DNA of 64,000 bases from Dendrobates tinctorius (lineage: Eukaryota), in NCBI RefSeq assembly GCF_039654945.1, contig NW_027361730.1, forward strand, positions 1,860,001 through 1,924,000, given 5' to 3'. Position numbers and translations under genes: made by a program. Positions 24,801 through 37,860 of the stretch are shown here, piece after piece (the first letter of the stretch is position 1; each line of letters starts with the position of its first letter). The notes beneath the pieces were generated by a model, which saw only the letters and a program-made list of their open reading frames with translations, was not told where the DNA came from and searched no databases.

Positions 24801-26449
24801 GGTGAAGATCTTCATTTCTCATATCCTCAGAATTCACGGCTTCCCTGGGCACATCGTGTCGGACAGAGGGGTCCAATTCACCTCCCGGTTCTGGAGAGCT
24901 CTATGCGGACTCATGAAAGTGTCATTGGATTTCTCTTCCGCCTATCACCCCCAAACCAATGGGCAGGTGGAACGTACCAACCAGATCCTTACATCCTACC
25001 TCCAGCACTTTTCAAATGCTCATCAGAATGACTGGGTCAGTCTACTTCCTTGGGCTGAGTCCGCCTACAATAATCACTCCAGTGAATCGTCCACCAAGTC
25101 TCCTTTCTTCATCGTCTTTGGACAGCATCCCAGTGTGCCTCTACCGGTACTTCCTGTCTTGGGGGTACCTGCTGCCGATTCTCTGTCTGTGGAGTTCTCC
25201 AGGGTAAGGCAGGAGACCAAAACCGCTCTCGAGAAAGCACGGGACAGAATGAAATTACACGCTGACAAAAGGCGGACGTTCCTCCATATCTCCCTGGTGA
25301 CAAGGTGTGGCTTTCCACCAAATACATCTGCCTTAAGGTACCGTCTTACAAACTGGGTGTTAGGCGTCAGGTTTCTGCATCTGCTCTGCAGGAATCCAGA
25401 GCCTCACATTCTGTGGTCTCCTGCTGTCTTTCTACTGCAGAGGAGATTACTTTGCAGCAGACCGCTCCAGAGACTAAGTCCCTCTGTGCTACTACTGGGC
25501 ATGCTCACGAGACGATCTCCCATTGGAGATCGGGAGTTATGTGTCCAGGTCTTGTTCCAGATCTCATTGGTCCATCTCGGAGATCTGGAAGGTCCCGCAC
25601 GGCTATAAAAAGTGCGCATGGCCGTTCCGCCATGCGCTAGTATAGACTATACTGCTATGTGTGAATGGTGACGGATGTATGATTCTGGTGACTGACTTAT
25701 TATGAAACCCCTTCCCTCTGATATTACGCATGTGGTTAGGGAATTAGTTCAGTAGTCTGCGCCAGTCTGTGGCAAGCCTTAGGCCACTGTGCACACCGCA
25801 CCTCTGCGCAGTAGTGACGACGCACACACGGTAGGTCTAGAGGAACGCAGCCCCTCTGTCTTAGTTCCTGCTCCTGTGACCTTATACCTTGTGTGCATTT
25901 ACCTGAGGCCTGTGACTCTAACAGGCTCAGCCTTTTGTATGTTTTTGTTGCGGTGCCTCTGTGTGTGAGCAGAGCCCGCTCTGCGCACTTCGGTGAAGTT
26001 GAACCCCAACTGCACGGTGGACCCCGAGCGGCGAACGCACTCTATTATTATTTTATTTAGTGCGTTTTGCCGTTCCTAACACTGGGTCCCCGTTACATTG
26101 GTCCTTTTGAGGTCCTCAGGCGTATTAATGATGTAGCATACAAACTAAAGCTACCTCCTTCGCTCCGTATTCCCAATTCCTTCCATGTATCTCTCCTTAA
26201 ACCTGTGGTACTTAACCGATTTCATCCTTCTCCAGGCCACACACCCCAGCCTGTTGGCATCGGGGATGAGTTTGAGGTGAATGACATTTTGGCCATGAAG
26301 AAGGTAAGAGGGAGAACCATGTTCTTGATCGATTGGAAGGGTTTTGGCCCTGAGGAAAGGTCATGGGAACCCAGGGAGAATATCCATGCACCCCAGATTT
26401 TGTCTAAGTTCCTCTCCAGCTTTAGAAAGAGGGGCGTAAAGGGGGGTAC
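21847..26449 (+). pseudogene. Gypsy gag-pol (PR-RT-RH-IN-chromodomain), frameshifted and interrupted
   Basis: ORF fragments 21847, 22264, 22470, 22711, 23124, 24430, 24754 and 26067 are collinear in changing frames. Confidence 0.9.
25358..26081. mobile_element. Solo LTR (724 bp) of an unrelated LTR element inserted in the Gypsy integrase
   Basis: TGTTAGG...CCTAACA termini with a 5-bp TSD CTGGG (25353-25357, 26082-26086); the host frame PSYKLG|PRYIGPF resumes after it. Confidence 0.92.
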
Positions 26450-28347
26450 TGTCACGCCGCGCACACCTGGAGGCGGGACCTCGGTCCCGACGTCATCTCT
26501 TCCGGAGCTGCGGCCACTCAGGGGGTCCCGCCAGGTGCGCACGTGCACCTCTCGTACTTTGGTTCATGTTTTCTCCATGTTCTGTGTGCGCACGCTCGCT
26601 CTTCTCAGCTCTGTCTCCAGGTCCGTCCTCTCTATGGTATTGGAAGACTTGACCCGGAAGCCCTAGTGATCATGTGCTATATCAGGCTACCTCTTCCTAT
26701 GGGAGGTGCCTGATTATTATTGTACTTCCTGGCTTGGTCTGCCGTGTCCCTGCCTGGCTGTGCGCTGTATTCGGGTCCTCTGCCTTGTATTCTATTGTGC
26801 CTCTTGGCACACTCTCTGAACCTGTACTCTGCCTTGTACTCTGCTGTGCCTCTTGGCACACACTCTGTTCCTGTACTCTGTTACACCTCCTGGCACACCT
26901 GCTGCCTAACTCAGTACTCTTGAGTTACACCAGATCTCATTGGTCCATCCGCTGGGTGGGGCTTATTCAAGTGCTCCCCCCCTCCCTGTCTTGCTCTATG
27001 CATTTTTTCTTGTGTAGAGCAAGACGGGGGGGGGGAGCAGTTGAATAAGCCCCGCCCATTGGACCAGACCGTGGCAGTTTACATACATCTGAACCGATAT
27101 AAAAAAGGTATTTATGCATGAAAGGTGCGGGGTCAGGGGGAAGCAAAAGTACTAAGAGAATCCTTATGTAACACACAATTGAATGATATCATTATATGAT
27201 ATTTCAAAAAAGGGGTGACAGATTCCCTTTAAAGCATAAATGCCATAGAGTGATGTCCACAGCTTGTGACCACTGTCTATTAGGTAGAAAGAAGAACCGA
27301 AACAAAGTGCAACTCCCTCTGGAGGACCTGTCTCATCTCCACATGGATGGTCCATTGCATTCAGTCGGCAATTTGGAATACAGCATTTCTCATGCAGAGA
27401 CTCTGAAATATTGTACTTATTTTCAGAGTACCTTTCAAGGGAAGGGTTGCCAAAATGTTTTGGTTGTTTTTCCCTGTAAATTATGGAGAGTTCCTTTTTT
27501 TCTCACCTTTGAAGCGATTGTACAGCAACATACAGATATGTTCTGTTGTGTATGAATTGCTATGTAATTACAGTTAATAATTTACTTTATTGTTTGCCTT
27601 GATGTCATGTTTTTAAACGTTCCAATCCTCATTATGGGAGCTTCACTTTCACATTAATCTCAACACTGAAAAGGGTAAAATGTCCCTTCCTGTGTCCTAA
27701 CATCCCTGGAGATGGAGATGCTGGTAATGTACATGAGAAAGCTCAATTATATAATATTTCATACCAAGTAAAACATGCTTTTGAGTTACTGGGCAACCCT
27801 ATGAATAATATTATACACACAACTTTAGGTTCTGTGTATTTATTTCAGTTGTTGGGCCTTTCGGGATTGGTTACCCTGTAAAAGAGAGGCTGGTGTTAGA
27901 TTTAGGCCAGATTTACATATCCATGTTTCGCTATTCAAATATGGACCATGATATATGGACTGGACGAGGATTTCCTGACCCAAACGTGACAGCCTCATCT
28001 ATGTCTATGGGACTATTGAGTTCAGGAAGAGAGTCCCAAGACCGGTCTGTGAGTCACAAACCATGGCACACAGATGTCTGAATACAGTACTTCTTACAGA
28101 AGACTTGCTCCTTAGCAAAGTCACTGTATGAACACACATGGAATTCAGTTCATGTAAAAACTGCTTTCTATCTATATAATGATTGGGGCTTTAGTTTTGA
28201 ACTTCTCTATGTGAATAATAAGTGCTTGTGAATACTTGCCAATAAATAATCTGTACACACTAACAATATAAATACACGTATATACATGTATACAATGCTT
28301 ACATAGGAATTGTGTTAACATTTGTCTTATATTGACATTTCCAACAG

Positions 28348-28426
28348 ACTATCAGAAGAAACCAGCACTCACTTACCCTTAAAAATCTATATATGAAGTT
28401 GTTTGGCTCTATTATCTTTTTGCCTG
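28348..28426 (+). CDS. IgV-TM-NLR gene, signal-peptide exon (ATG at 28393: MKLFGSIIFLP; open upstream to the acceptor)
   Basis: Acceptor tttccaacag|, donor G|GTAAGT, phase 1; joins the IgV exon to give the hydrophobic leader MKLFGSIIFLPVVNFASL. Confidence 0.75.
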
Positions 28427-28994
28427 GTAAGTGGGTTTGTTGTTTTTTTTACTGTTATTAAAAAACTATTTTGGATACAAAGTGTCATAATAAAACAACA
28501 GATCACTAAACAGCATAAAATCTCATTGACTTTACAAAAAAAAAAAAGCATAGTTATTCAATTAGGTAAATACCTTTCAATGTGTATATCCAATCCAGTG
28601 ACAAATGTGTGAAATTTGCTTATTTCTTATCTTGCACTGATCCTTCGTTTTAGCCAATTAACTTTCTCGCAAAATGATGTAACTTTATGTTCATCTTGCA
28701 GTAGATTTTCCACAATCCGAAGTACAGTTGCATCAGAGGGATGCTGCTGTCATTCATAGTTAGAATTCATACCCATCAGCGTGAATAAAAACGGTCTGTA
28801 AGCCCAGTGGGCAGGAGATTTGTATAAGTCCCATCCACTTTGATGTAATAGAAAAACGCCGCGTTTTCTGCTCAGTGAAATTACGCAGCGTCAAAAATTC
28901 AACGTTGGATTACAGCCTTAATGTGCATGGTGATCGCCTAGGCTCATGTATGTGTTTAGTTGAGCTTCATCCCCTTGGTTTACCTAAAAGCTTA

Positions 28995-29674
28995 GGCTAC
29001 TTTCACACATCAGGTTTTCGGCGTCAGGCGCGATCCGGCGTCGTGCCGGAATGCCGGATCCGGCAAATGTTTTGTAAAACCTGATGTGCCGGATCCGGTT
29101 TTCTGCCGGATCCGTCTTGTTCTTGACAGACAAAACCGGATCCGTCTCATCCGGTTCATCCGTTTTTCTATCCGTTTTTCGACGGATTACGCCGGATCCG
29201 GTTTTTAAAATTGACCCTTGTGGCCTTCCGAACGGGATTGGCTACTGGAAAACTATATATAGCATGTTCCTACAGCCCTTCTTTGACAGGTTGTAGTGGG
29301 CAGAGCTACTGAGCATATTCAGACCAAAAAAACCGGATCCGGCCACCGGATCCGGCTTTCGCCGGATCAGGCGCATTGCGGCGCTCATAGGCTTTCATTG
29401 TGTGAAAAAGCCGGACGCGCCGGATCCGGCGTGTCCGGCTTTTTCGCCGGAGACAAAAAACGTTACAGTAGCCGTTTTTTCCAGACACCGGATCGCGACA
29501 CATTGCCGGATCCGGCGAAAACCGGATGAAACACATGGCCATTCGGCGCGATCCGGCGCAAATGCAAGTCAATGGGGGGGAAACCGGATCCGGCATTGCA
29601 TTTCGCCGGATCCGGTTTCTGTCAAAAGCGCCGGATCGCGCCTGACGGCGAAAACCTGATGTGTGAAAGAGGCC
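28995..29674. mobile_element. Harbinger-like MITE rich in CCGGATCCGG
   Basis: GGCTACTTTCACACATCAGG...CCTGATGTGTGAAAGAGGCC, TTA TSD. Confidence 0.85.
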
Positions 29675-30016
29675 TTAGTTAACTTCATTTGTCATTGACT
29701 TCTAAAAAAAAAAACCTATATACTTCAGGCATATACAGTATTATCATTTTAGAATTGCAGTCAACTAAACTTTTCAATATATTTAAGGCAAGGATATACA
29801 AATGTGCATAGACAAATGACAAAAAGATGTTCTTTTCCCATGGTATAAGTCAAATGTAGTGTCACAGTGTGAACACCGACTTTACTGTGCTCCTATAGTA
29901 ATGTGGGGCTAAAACCTGCAGACTTGTGAATGTAGTTCAGATTATGGGCTATAATGAGGATGAGTACGAGATAAGCCATTACAAAGTTAGGGTACATACA
30001 TCAGAGAGTTAATTTA

Positions 30017-30262
30017 TTTTCCAAACTTATATAGCGCCATTAATTCCACACTGCTTTACAGACATCATCATCACTATCCCCATTGGGGCTCACAGTCTAG
30101 ATTTCCTATCAGTATGTCTTTGGAGTGTGAGAGGAAATCGGAGGACCTGAAGGAAACCCACGCAAACACGGGGAGAACATACAAACCCCAGGCAGATGTT
30201 GTCCTTGGTGGGATTTGAACCCAGGACCCCAGATCTGCAATGCTAACCACTGAGCCACTGGA
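30017..30262 (-). mobile_element. tRNA-derived SINE (V-SINE/SINE2-like) with an L2-type tail
   Basis: On the minus strand: A-box GTGGCTCAGTGGTTAGCA, B-box GGTTCAAATCC, core TCTCCCCGTGTTTGCGTGGGTTTCC, tail GTAAAGCAGTGTGGAATTAATGGCGCTATATAA. Confidence 0.85.
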
Positions 30263-30559
30263 CTGTGTTATGTTATTTTATGTTGTGTATTCCCCTGCTG
30301 TATAACTTAGTAGTGCTACTGGAGTGCTAAGTGCTACTGAAACTTAGCATTATGTTTAGTAGTTACTGTAGACATGCACTAAATTTTGTAATTACCTATG
30401 CCTAGTCTACACCATAACAGTTATTATGATTGTGATGTGTAGTACTACGAATATATGCACTAGATGTGCGACAATTAGGAGATGTGTTACTTGAGTGATG
30501 TATGTGAATAGGAGAAATGCCCCTGTCAGATAGTGCCCGACAGGATTCTACTATTTAAG

Positions 30560-31120
30560 ACTTATTGCAGCTCATCAAGGATGGCACATCAATGCGAGCT
30601 GTGGCAAGAAGAGTAGATGTGTATGTCCGCACAGTGTCCAGAGCATAGAGCAGATACCAGGAGACAGGCCAGTACACCATGTGACGCGGATGGTGCCGTA
30701 GAAGGGTAACAACCCATCAACAGGACTGTTACCTCCTCCTTTGTGCAAAGGGGAGCTGTGCCAGAGCCATGCAAAATGCTTTCCAGCAGGCCACTAACAT
30801 CCATGTGACTGCTAAAAAGTCAGAAACAGACTCCATGAGGATGGTATGAGGGCCCTACTTCCACAAGTGGGTGTTGAGCTTACAGCCCTATGCAGGGCGA
30901 TTGGCATTTGCAAGAGAACACCAAGATTGGCAGATTCGACATTGGCGCCCTGTGCTCCTCATGAATGAGAGCAAGTTCACTCTGAGCACGTGACAGAAGT
31001 GACAGGGTCTGGAGACGACATGGAGAATGTTTTGCTGCCTGCAACATCCTCCAGCATGACCGATTTTGCACTGGGTCAGTAATAGTGTGGGGAGGCATTT
31101 ATTTCGAGTGCCACACAGCC
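30560..31120 (+). mobile_element. Tc1 transposase fragment (same family as 58401-59954)
   Basis: Reverse-complement similarity to about 59050-59610; encodes degenerate MNESKFTLST.DRSDRVWRRHGE. Confidence 0.8.
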
Positions 31121-31544
31121 AAACTCAGAGTGTAGGAAAGGTCCAATAGCTGAATGTTCTAAAGGACAGAAATGTCCAAGAAGGGTGGGAGATTTTGCTA
31201 AATTAAATTCTCACTGCACAACCTGTAACAATCCCGAAAAGAAGGAAGAATTGGAAGCATTTAAAGAATGAAGTGAGGCTTGCAAGGGAGACCAAAACAG
31301 TAAAAAAAGGATTTGGGGGGTATAGCAGAAACAAAAGAAAAGTCAAAGATGCTATAAAGCTTTTACAGGATGAAAAGAGTGAAGTGGTCAAAAATGATGT
31401 TGAGAAAGCCGAACTTTTAAATTCCTTTTATGCATCTGTGTTCTCTTAGAAAGCAACTGTAACATCAACAGTGCCATAGAAGGAATAAAATAATTCACAC
31501 TATCTATAAAGAGTGAGATGGTGAGGGAACTTTTAGCTAATTAA

Positions 31545-32787
31545 CCCCCGGTGCTGTTTTCGGTTTTGCATTTACGTTTTTCGCTCCCCTACTTCCCAGA
31601 GCCATAACTTTTTTATTTTTCTGTCAATATGGCCATGTGAGGGCTTATTTTTTGCGGGATGAGTTGTACTTTTGAGTGACATCATTGTTTTTACCATGTC
31701 GTGTACTAGAAAACGGGAAAAAAATTCCAAGTGCAGTGAAATTGCAAAGAAAAGTGCAATCCGACATTGTTTTTTTAATTTGGCTTTTTTGCTAGGTTCA
31801 CTAAATGCTAAAATTGACCTGCTATTATGAGTCTCCAGGTCATTACGAGTTCATAGACATCAAACATGACTAGATTCTTTTTTATCTAAGTGGTGAAATA
31901 AATTCCAAACTTTGCTAACAAAAAAAACACGCCATTTTCTGATGCCCGTATCATCTCCATTTTTCGTGATCTCGGGTTGGGTGAGGGTTTATTTGCGCAC
32001 CGAGCTGACGTTTTTAATGATACCATTTTGGTGTAGATACGATCTTTTGATCGCCCATTATTGCATTTTAATGCAATGTTGCGGCAACAAAAAACTTAAT
32101 TCTGGCGTTTTTTAATTTTTTCTCGCTACGCCATTTAGTGATCTGGTTAATCCTTTTTTTATTAATCGGGCGATTCTGAATGTGGCTATACCAAATACTT
32201 GTATGTTTGGTTTTATTTTTATTGCTTTATTTTGAATGGGGCAAAAGGGGAGTGATTTGAACTTTTATTTATTTTTATTTTTTTTTTAATATTTTTAAAC
32301 ACACTTTTTTTTACTTTTGCCATGCTTCAATAGTCTCCATAGGAAGTTAGAAGGTGGCTCAACTCAACCGGCTCAGCCACATAGAGGCGATGAGCAGATC
32401 GCCTCTATGTAGCTGAATTACTGACTTGCTATGAGCGCCGACCACTGGGTGGCACTCATGGCAATCCGGCACTGACAACCATAGATGTCTCCAGGAGACC
32501 TCGGGTTGTCATGCTGACACACTGGTGACCCTCGATCACCGGTGAGTGTATTTACGTTACGCTTGCCAGAATCGTGTGTTAAATGCTGGTGTCAGTGTTT
32601 GACAGCGGCATTTAACTAGTTAATAGCCGCAGGTGGATCGCGATTCCACCCTTGGCTATTGCAGGCATATGTCACCTGTTGAAATAGCTGACATGTCCCA
32701 GGAAAGATGTGGGCTCACCGCTGGAGCTCACATCAAAGGGAGCGATACCGACATCGGCGTAATTTTACGTCCGATGTCGGTAGGGGG
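31545..32787. mobile_element. Non-autonomous piggyBac-type element
   Basis: TTAA-CCCC...GGGG-TTAA; reverse complement of the family at 35728 and 47983. Confidence 0.85.
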
Positions 32788-34241
32788 TTAAATTAATTTA
32801 AATCTCCTGGTCCAGATGAATTGCATCCTAGGGTCCTAAAATAATTAGCAGACAAAGGTGCAGAACCACTAGCCAGAATGTTTGAAAAATCCTGGAGAGC
32901 AGAAGAAGTCCTAGAAGATTGGAGAGGGGCAACTGTTGTCCCTATCGTCAAAAAAGGAAAGAAGAGGGGACCAGGAAATTACAGGCCAGTGAGCCTTACG
33001 TCTATACCAGGAAAGATTTTTTAACAAATTATTAAACAGCATGTATGCAAGTGCTTGGATAAGAATACAGTAATTAACCATAGCCAGCATGGGTTTATGG
33101 CAAGTAAGTCATGCCAAACTAATGTATTTTCCTTCTATGATGGAATCACAGACTGGGTGGATCAGAGAAATGTGGTAGATATAGTATATCTCGACTTCAG
33201 CAAAGAATTTGATAACGAATCTCATAATAGCCTTATTGAAAAAATTACTAAGAATTGGATTGACAAGGCTACGGTTAGGTGGATTCATAACTGTATTCAA
33301 AGCGTGGTAATAAATGGTTGCACATCCAACTGGAAGAGTGCTTCAACTGTGGTACCACAAGGCTCTATCCTGGCCCCAGTGTTGTTCAACATTTTTATAA
33401 ATGATATAGATAAGGGAACTGAAGGTAAACTAATCAAATTTGCAGACAATGCAAAGTGAGGAGGGATAGCTAACACTGCTGGAGAAGATAGAGAAAGGAT
33501 TCAGAAGTATCTAGATAAGCTTAAATGATGGGCAGTGACTGATAGAATGGCAAGGAGAAATGCAAAATTGTACACCTGGGCACGAAAAATGAAAATTACT
33601 GTACATCTACAGAATGGGAGGAATAGAACTAAGCAACAGCATGTGTGAAAAAGACCTGGGTATACAAATATTCTGCACAGGAGTCAACATTGTGATGCAA
33701 CAGCAAAAAAGTCAAACACGGTTCTAGGATGTATTAAGAGAAGCATACAGTCTAGATCACGTAAAGTAATTATCCCCCTCAACTACTGTGTCCAGTTCTA
33801 GGCACCACGTTTTAAAAAAGACATTGAAAAACAGGAGCACGTTCAGAGAAGAGGTACCAGGAGGGTGAGGGACTGCAAAGTATGTCCTCCGAGGAATGGT
33901 TAAAGGATCTGGAAATGCTTAGCTTGCAACAAAAAGGCTAATAGGAGACTTAATAGCTGTCTACAAATATCTGAAGAGATGTCAGTGTAGAAGAATCATC
34001 CTTATTTTCATTTGCACATGGAAAAACGAAAAGCAATGGAATGAACCTGAAAGGGAGACGATACAGATATTGGAAAAAACATTTTGACAGGGTGATCAAT
34101 GAGTGGAAAACATTGCCACAAGAGTTCTCCTTCAATGGAAGTCTTCAAACAGACATCTGTCTGGGATGGTATAGTGAATCCTTTGCTGCATTGATCAGGG
34201 GGGTTGGGCACAATGACCCTGGAGGTTGCTTTCATCTCTAA

Positions 34242-34611
34242 AGGGCCGTTTACATTTAGCGATGCACCAGCGATCCGACCAGCAATCCGACCTGGTCAGG
34301 ATCGCTGGTGCATCGCTAAATGATCGCTAGTGAGCTGTCACACAGGCAGACCTCACAGCGATGCAGCAGCGATGCAGCGCACGATACTCACCTTTCACAC
34401 ACAGCGATCCTGCCGTCCTCCCGCCCGCCTCCACGCGTCGCTCGACGTCACAGCAGGAAGCTGACGACGAGAAATGGAGCCGGACATTCTCGCGCGATCA
34501 GCGATGGACAGCGGGGGAGCCGGTCGGAGGTAAGTATCACACATAGCGATATCGCTATAACGCCACAAAATCGGTGACGTTATAGCGATATCGCTATGTG
34601 TAAAACCCCCT
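34242..34611. mobile_element. Harbinger-like MITE inserted in the CR1 3' tail
   Basis: TAA TSD; removing it restores CTCTAACATTCTATGA. Confidence 0.85.
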
Positions 34612-34841
34612 TAACATTCTATGATTATATGAATAAAGATCTGGAACTGGGATATTTCATTCAGTGATATCCAGGATGTGGTATTTTAGTCTTCCATTTA
34701 TTTTTTGGAGCAATGTATTTAAACTCCTCTGTATCTCGTATGGTGCAGTGGATATTAACACTATAAAACAATATTTATAATATATATAATAGCACGTTAT
34801 AATTTCTACAAATGTTTTAAATATGTCTTTTCTTTTGCCAG

Positions 34842-35192
34842 TTGTCAACTTTGCGTCCTTAGATGTTGAAGGACAACTACATGAAGATGTTCTCCTTCCA
34901 TGTATTGTCATCTACAAGGATGAATTTGACTACAATTTGCTTGTAGTTCACTGGCAGCGACCAGAGAATGATGTTGTGGTCCATTCCTTCTATTATGACT
35001 CAAGCCAATCTGAATATCAATCAGATCAATATCGAGGTAGAACACAGATGTTTTATGATTTATTGCCCTCTGGTAATCTGTCATTGCTTCTCAGGAACCT
35101 CTCTGAATCAGATGCTGGGAGTTACACTTGTCAGAGTGTACTGCAAGAGACATCAGGGATCACCATTCAAGGTGTGAACCTTACACTAAAAG
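34842..35192 (+). CDS. IgV-TM-NLR gene, V-set Ig exon (B7/butyrophilin-like)
   Basis: cttttgccag| acceptor, G|GTAATA donor, phase 1-1. VLLPC, VHWQR, YRGRT and GNLSLLLRNLSESDAGSYTC are canonical B7-family IgV motifs; three N-glycosylation sequons. Confidence 0.93.
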
Positions 35193-37770
35193 GTAATATT
35201 TGTTTAATTATCTTTACAAAAAATAGTAGATTATATTGTATAGTTGTTAAGTCATCCATGGCTGTTTGGACAACATAGTGTCCTCTTACCTGGTTGAATT
35301 TGATGAACTTAAATCTATTTTTATCCAAACTGATATTTTTATTACGATGTTCAGTATACTATAAAACTGAGCTGGCAATATGATTCTCCAGGTTATAAGT
35401 AAGCAGATACAAAACATGTATAGTTTTTTTCATGTAAGTGGGGGGAAAATTTGGAAAAAATCAAAAAACGTTGCTTGTTTCGCCATTTTCTGAGACCCAT
35501 AACCCTTTCAAGTTTTGGGATATGGTGTTGTGTAAGTGTTTCTTTTTTGTGCCCTGAGCTGATGTTTTTACTGATAACATTTTGGGGTAGATAAAATGTT
35601 GCTAGCCTCTTATTGCATTGTTGCAGCAGCCAAATAATCATAATTCTGGGTTTTTTGATTTTTTTTTCTCATCCTTTTCTGATTGGATTAGTTTACTTTA
35701 TATTTTTATAAATTGTTTTATTTTTAACCCCTTACTGCCATTGGACATTATAGCACGGCAGTGAGCTCGCATCAAAGCAGGGATATGTCAGCTATTTTGA
35801 ACAGCTGACCATGTTCCCACAGTAGGTGCGAGTGGAATCGCGATCCACTTGCGCCTATTAACTAGTTAAATGCCGCTGTCAAACGCTGACAGCGGCATTT
35901 AATTTATCGCGCGCTTCCGGCTGTCATCAGTGCATCAGCATAACAATCAGAGGTCTCCTTGAGACCTCTATGGTTGTCAGTGCCAGATTGCTATGAGCAC
36001 CACCCTGTCATTCTGCTACATAGAGGCGATCTGAGCTTTGCCTCTATGTAGCAGAGCCGATCAAGCTATGGCAGCTTCTAGTCTCCCATGGAGGCTATTG
36101 AAGTATGCCAAAAGTAAAAAAAATGTTTTTAAAATATGAAAAAGTTTAAATCACCCCCCCTTTCGCCCCATTCAAAATAAAACAATAAAATAAAAATCAA
36201 ATATTAGGTATCGCCGTGTTCAGAATAAAAAAAAGGTTTAACCTGATCGCTAAACGGCGCAGCGAGAAAAAAATCGAAATGCCAGAATTAAGTTTTTTTG
36301 GTCACTGCATTAAAATACAATAACAGGCGATTAACCCCTTTCCTACATTAGATGTACTATTCCGTCCATGTGACCCAAGGACGGAATAGTACGTCTAATG
36401 CGATCAGCTGCGCTCATGGGGGTAGCGCAGCTGATCGCGGCCGGGTGTCAGCTGATTATCACAGCTGACACCCGGCACAATGTGTCAGGGGCGGTCACGA
36501 ACTGCCCCCGACACATTAACCCCTGGCACATCGCGATCAAACATGATCGCGGTGTATCGGGGGTTAAAGAAAGCATCGGCAGGGAGGGGGCTCCCTCCGT
36601 GCTTCCCTGCGACCCCCAAAGCAGCGCGATGTGCAGCGCCGCTGAGGGGGTCGCCTTCCCTGCAGGTCCCCGGATCCATTAAGGTGACGGGGACCTTCGG
36701 GGGCCTGCAGGGAGCTGGCTTCCTCACTGCCCGCAGAGCGCAGGCATGAGGAAGCCTGCAGCATTGCCTGTGACAGATCGCTGATCTGTCACAGTGATCT
36801 GTGATGTGACAGATCAGCGATCTGTCACAGGACAGTGATGTCCCCATGGGACATTATAATAAAGTAAAAAAAAAAAAAAAGTGTAAAAATAATTTAAACA
36901 AAAATCGCTAAATAAATTAACAGAAAAAAAAAATATTCCCTAATAAATTCATTTTTTGAAAGTAAAAAAACAATAAAAGTACACATATTTGGTATCGCCA
37001 CGTCAGTAATGACCCACCCTATAAATCTGTCCCATTAGTTAACCCCTTTAGCGAACCCCTTAAAAGATAAAAATAAAAAACGAAGCGAAAAATAATGATT
37101 TATTATCATACCGCCAAACAAAAAGTGCAATAACGCGCGGTCAAAAAGACGCATATAAATATCCTTGGTACCGCTGAAAACGTCATCTTGTCCCGCAAAA
37201 AACGAGTCACCACACAGCATCATCAGCGAAAAAATAAAGTTATAGCTCGCAGAATAAAGCGATGCAAAAATAATTATTTTTATATAATATTGTTTTCATT
37301 GCATGAAACCACCAAAACATAAAAAAAATGAAATAAATGAGGTATCGCTGTAACCATACTGACCCGAAGAATAAAACCACTTTATCAATTTTACCGCACG
37401 CGGAACGGTGTAAACGCACCCCCAAAAGAAATTCATGAAACTCTGGTTTTTGTTCATTCTGCATCCCAAAAATCGGAATAAAAAGCGATCAAAAAATGTC
37501 ACGTGCCCGAAAATGGTACCAATAAAAACGTCAACTCGTCCCGCAAAAAATAAGACCTCACATGAGTCGGTGGATCAAAATATGGAAAAATTATAGCTCT
37601 CAAAATGTGGTGATGCATAAACTATTTTTACAATAAAAAGCGCCTTTTAGCGTTTGACAGCTGCCAAATATAAAAACCGCCATAAATAGTAAATCAAACC
37701 CCCCGTTATCACCCCCTTAGTTAGGGAAAATAATAAAATAATTTTTTTTTTATTTATTTCCATTTTCCCA

Positions 37771-37860
37771 TTAGGGCTAGAGTTAGGGTTAGGGCTAGAG
37801 TTAGGGTTAGGGCTAGGGTCAGAGCTAGGGTTAGGGCTAGGGTTAGGGTTGGAGTTAGAA
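37771..37860 (+). repeat. Degenerate telomere-like (TTAGGG/CTAGGG/CTAGAG)n tract inside the piggyBac derivative
   Basis: About 15 hexamers, several exact TTAGGG. Confidence 0.85.

Larger units (their letters stand above)
20940..26920 (+). mobile_element. Gypsy/Ty3 chromovirus (Sushi-like) LTR retrotransposon, decayed
   Basis: 5' LTR TGTCACG..GTCACA 20940-21833; gag with CLYCGSSSHLLRSC zinc knuckle; protease FLDSG; RT YLDD; RNase H; integrase (HHCC, SDRGVQF, GQVERTN); chromodomain (FEVNDIL..IDWKGFGPEERSWEP); PPT 26427-26449; 3' LTR from 26450, truncated at 26920. Several frameshifts and stops. Confidence 0.95.
31121..34633 (+). mobile_element. Decayed CR1 LINE (ORF2 portion to the 3' tail) interrupted by two MITEs
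   Basis: [53 protein letters not shown] motifs; tail CATTCTATGATT at about 34615-34630. Confidence 0.9.

Noticed and set aside
34823-35278. ORF as a stand-alone single-exon Ig protein with its own start and hydrophobic tail
   Set aside because: MSFLLP is the translated polypyrimidine tract of the acceptor at 34841, and the tail after 35192 is intron read-through past a GT donor.
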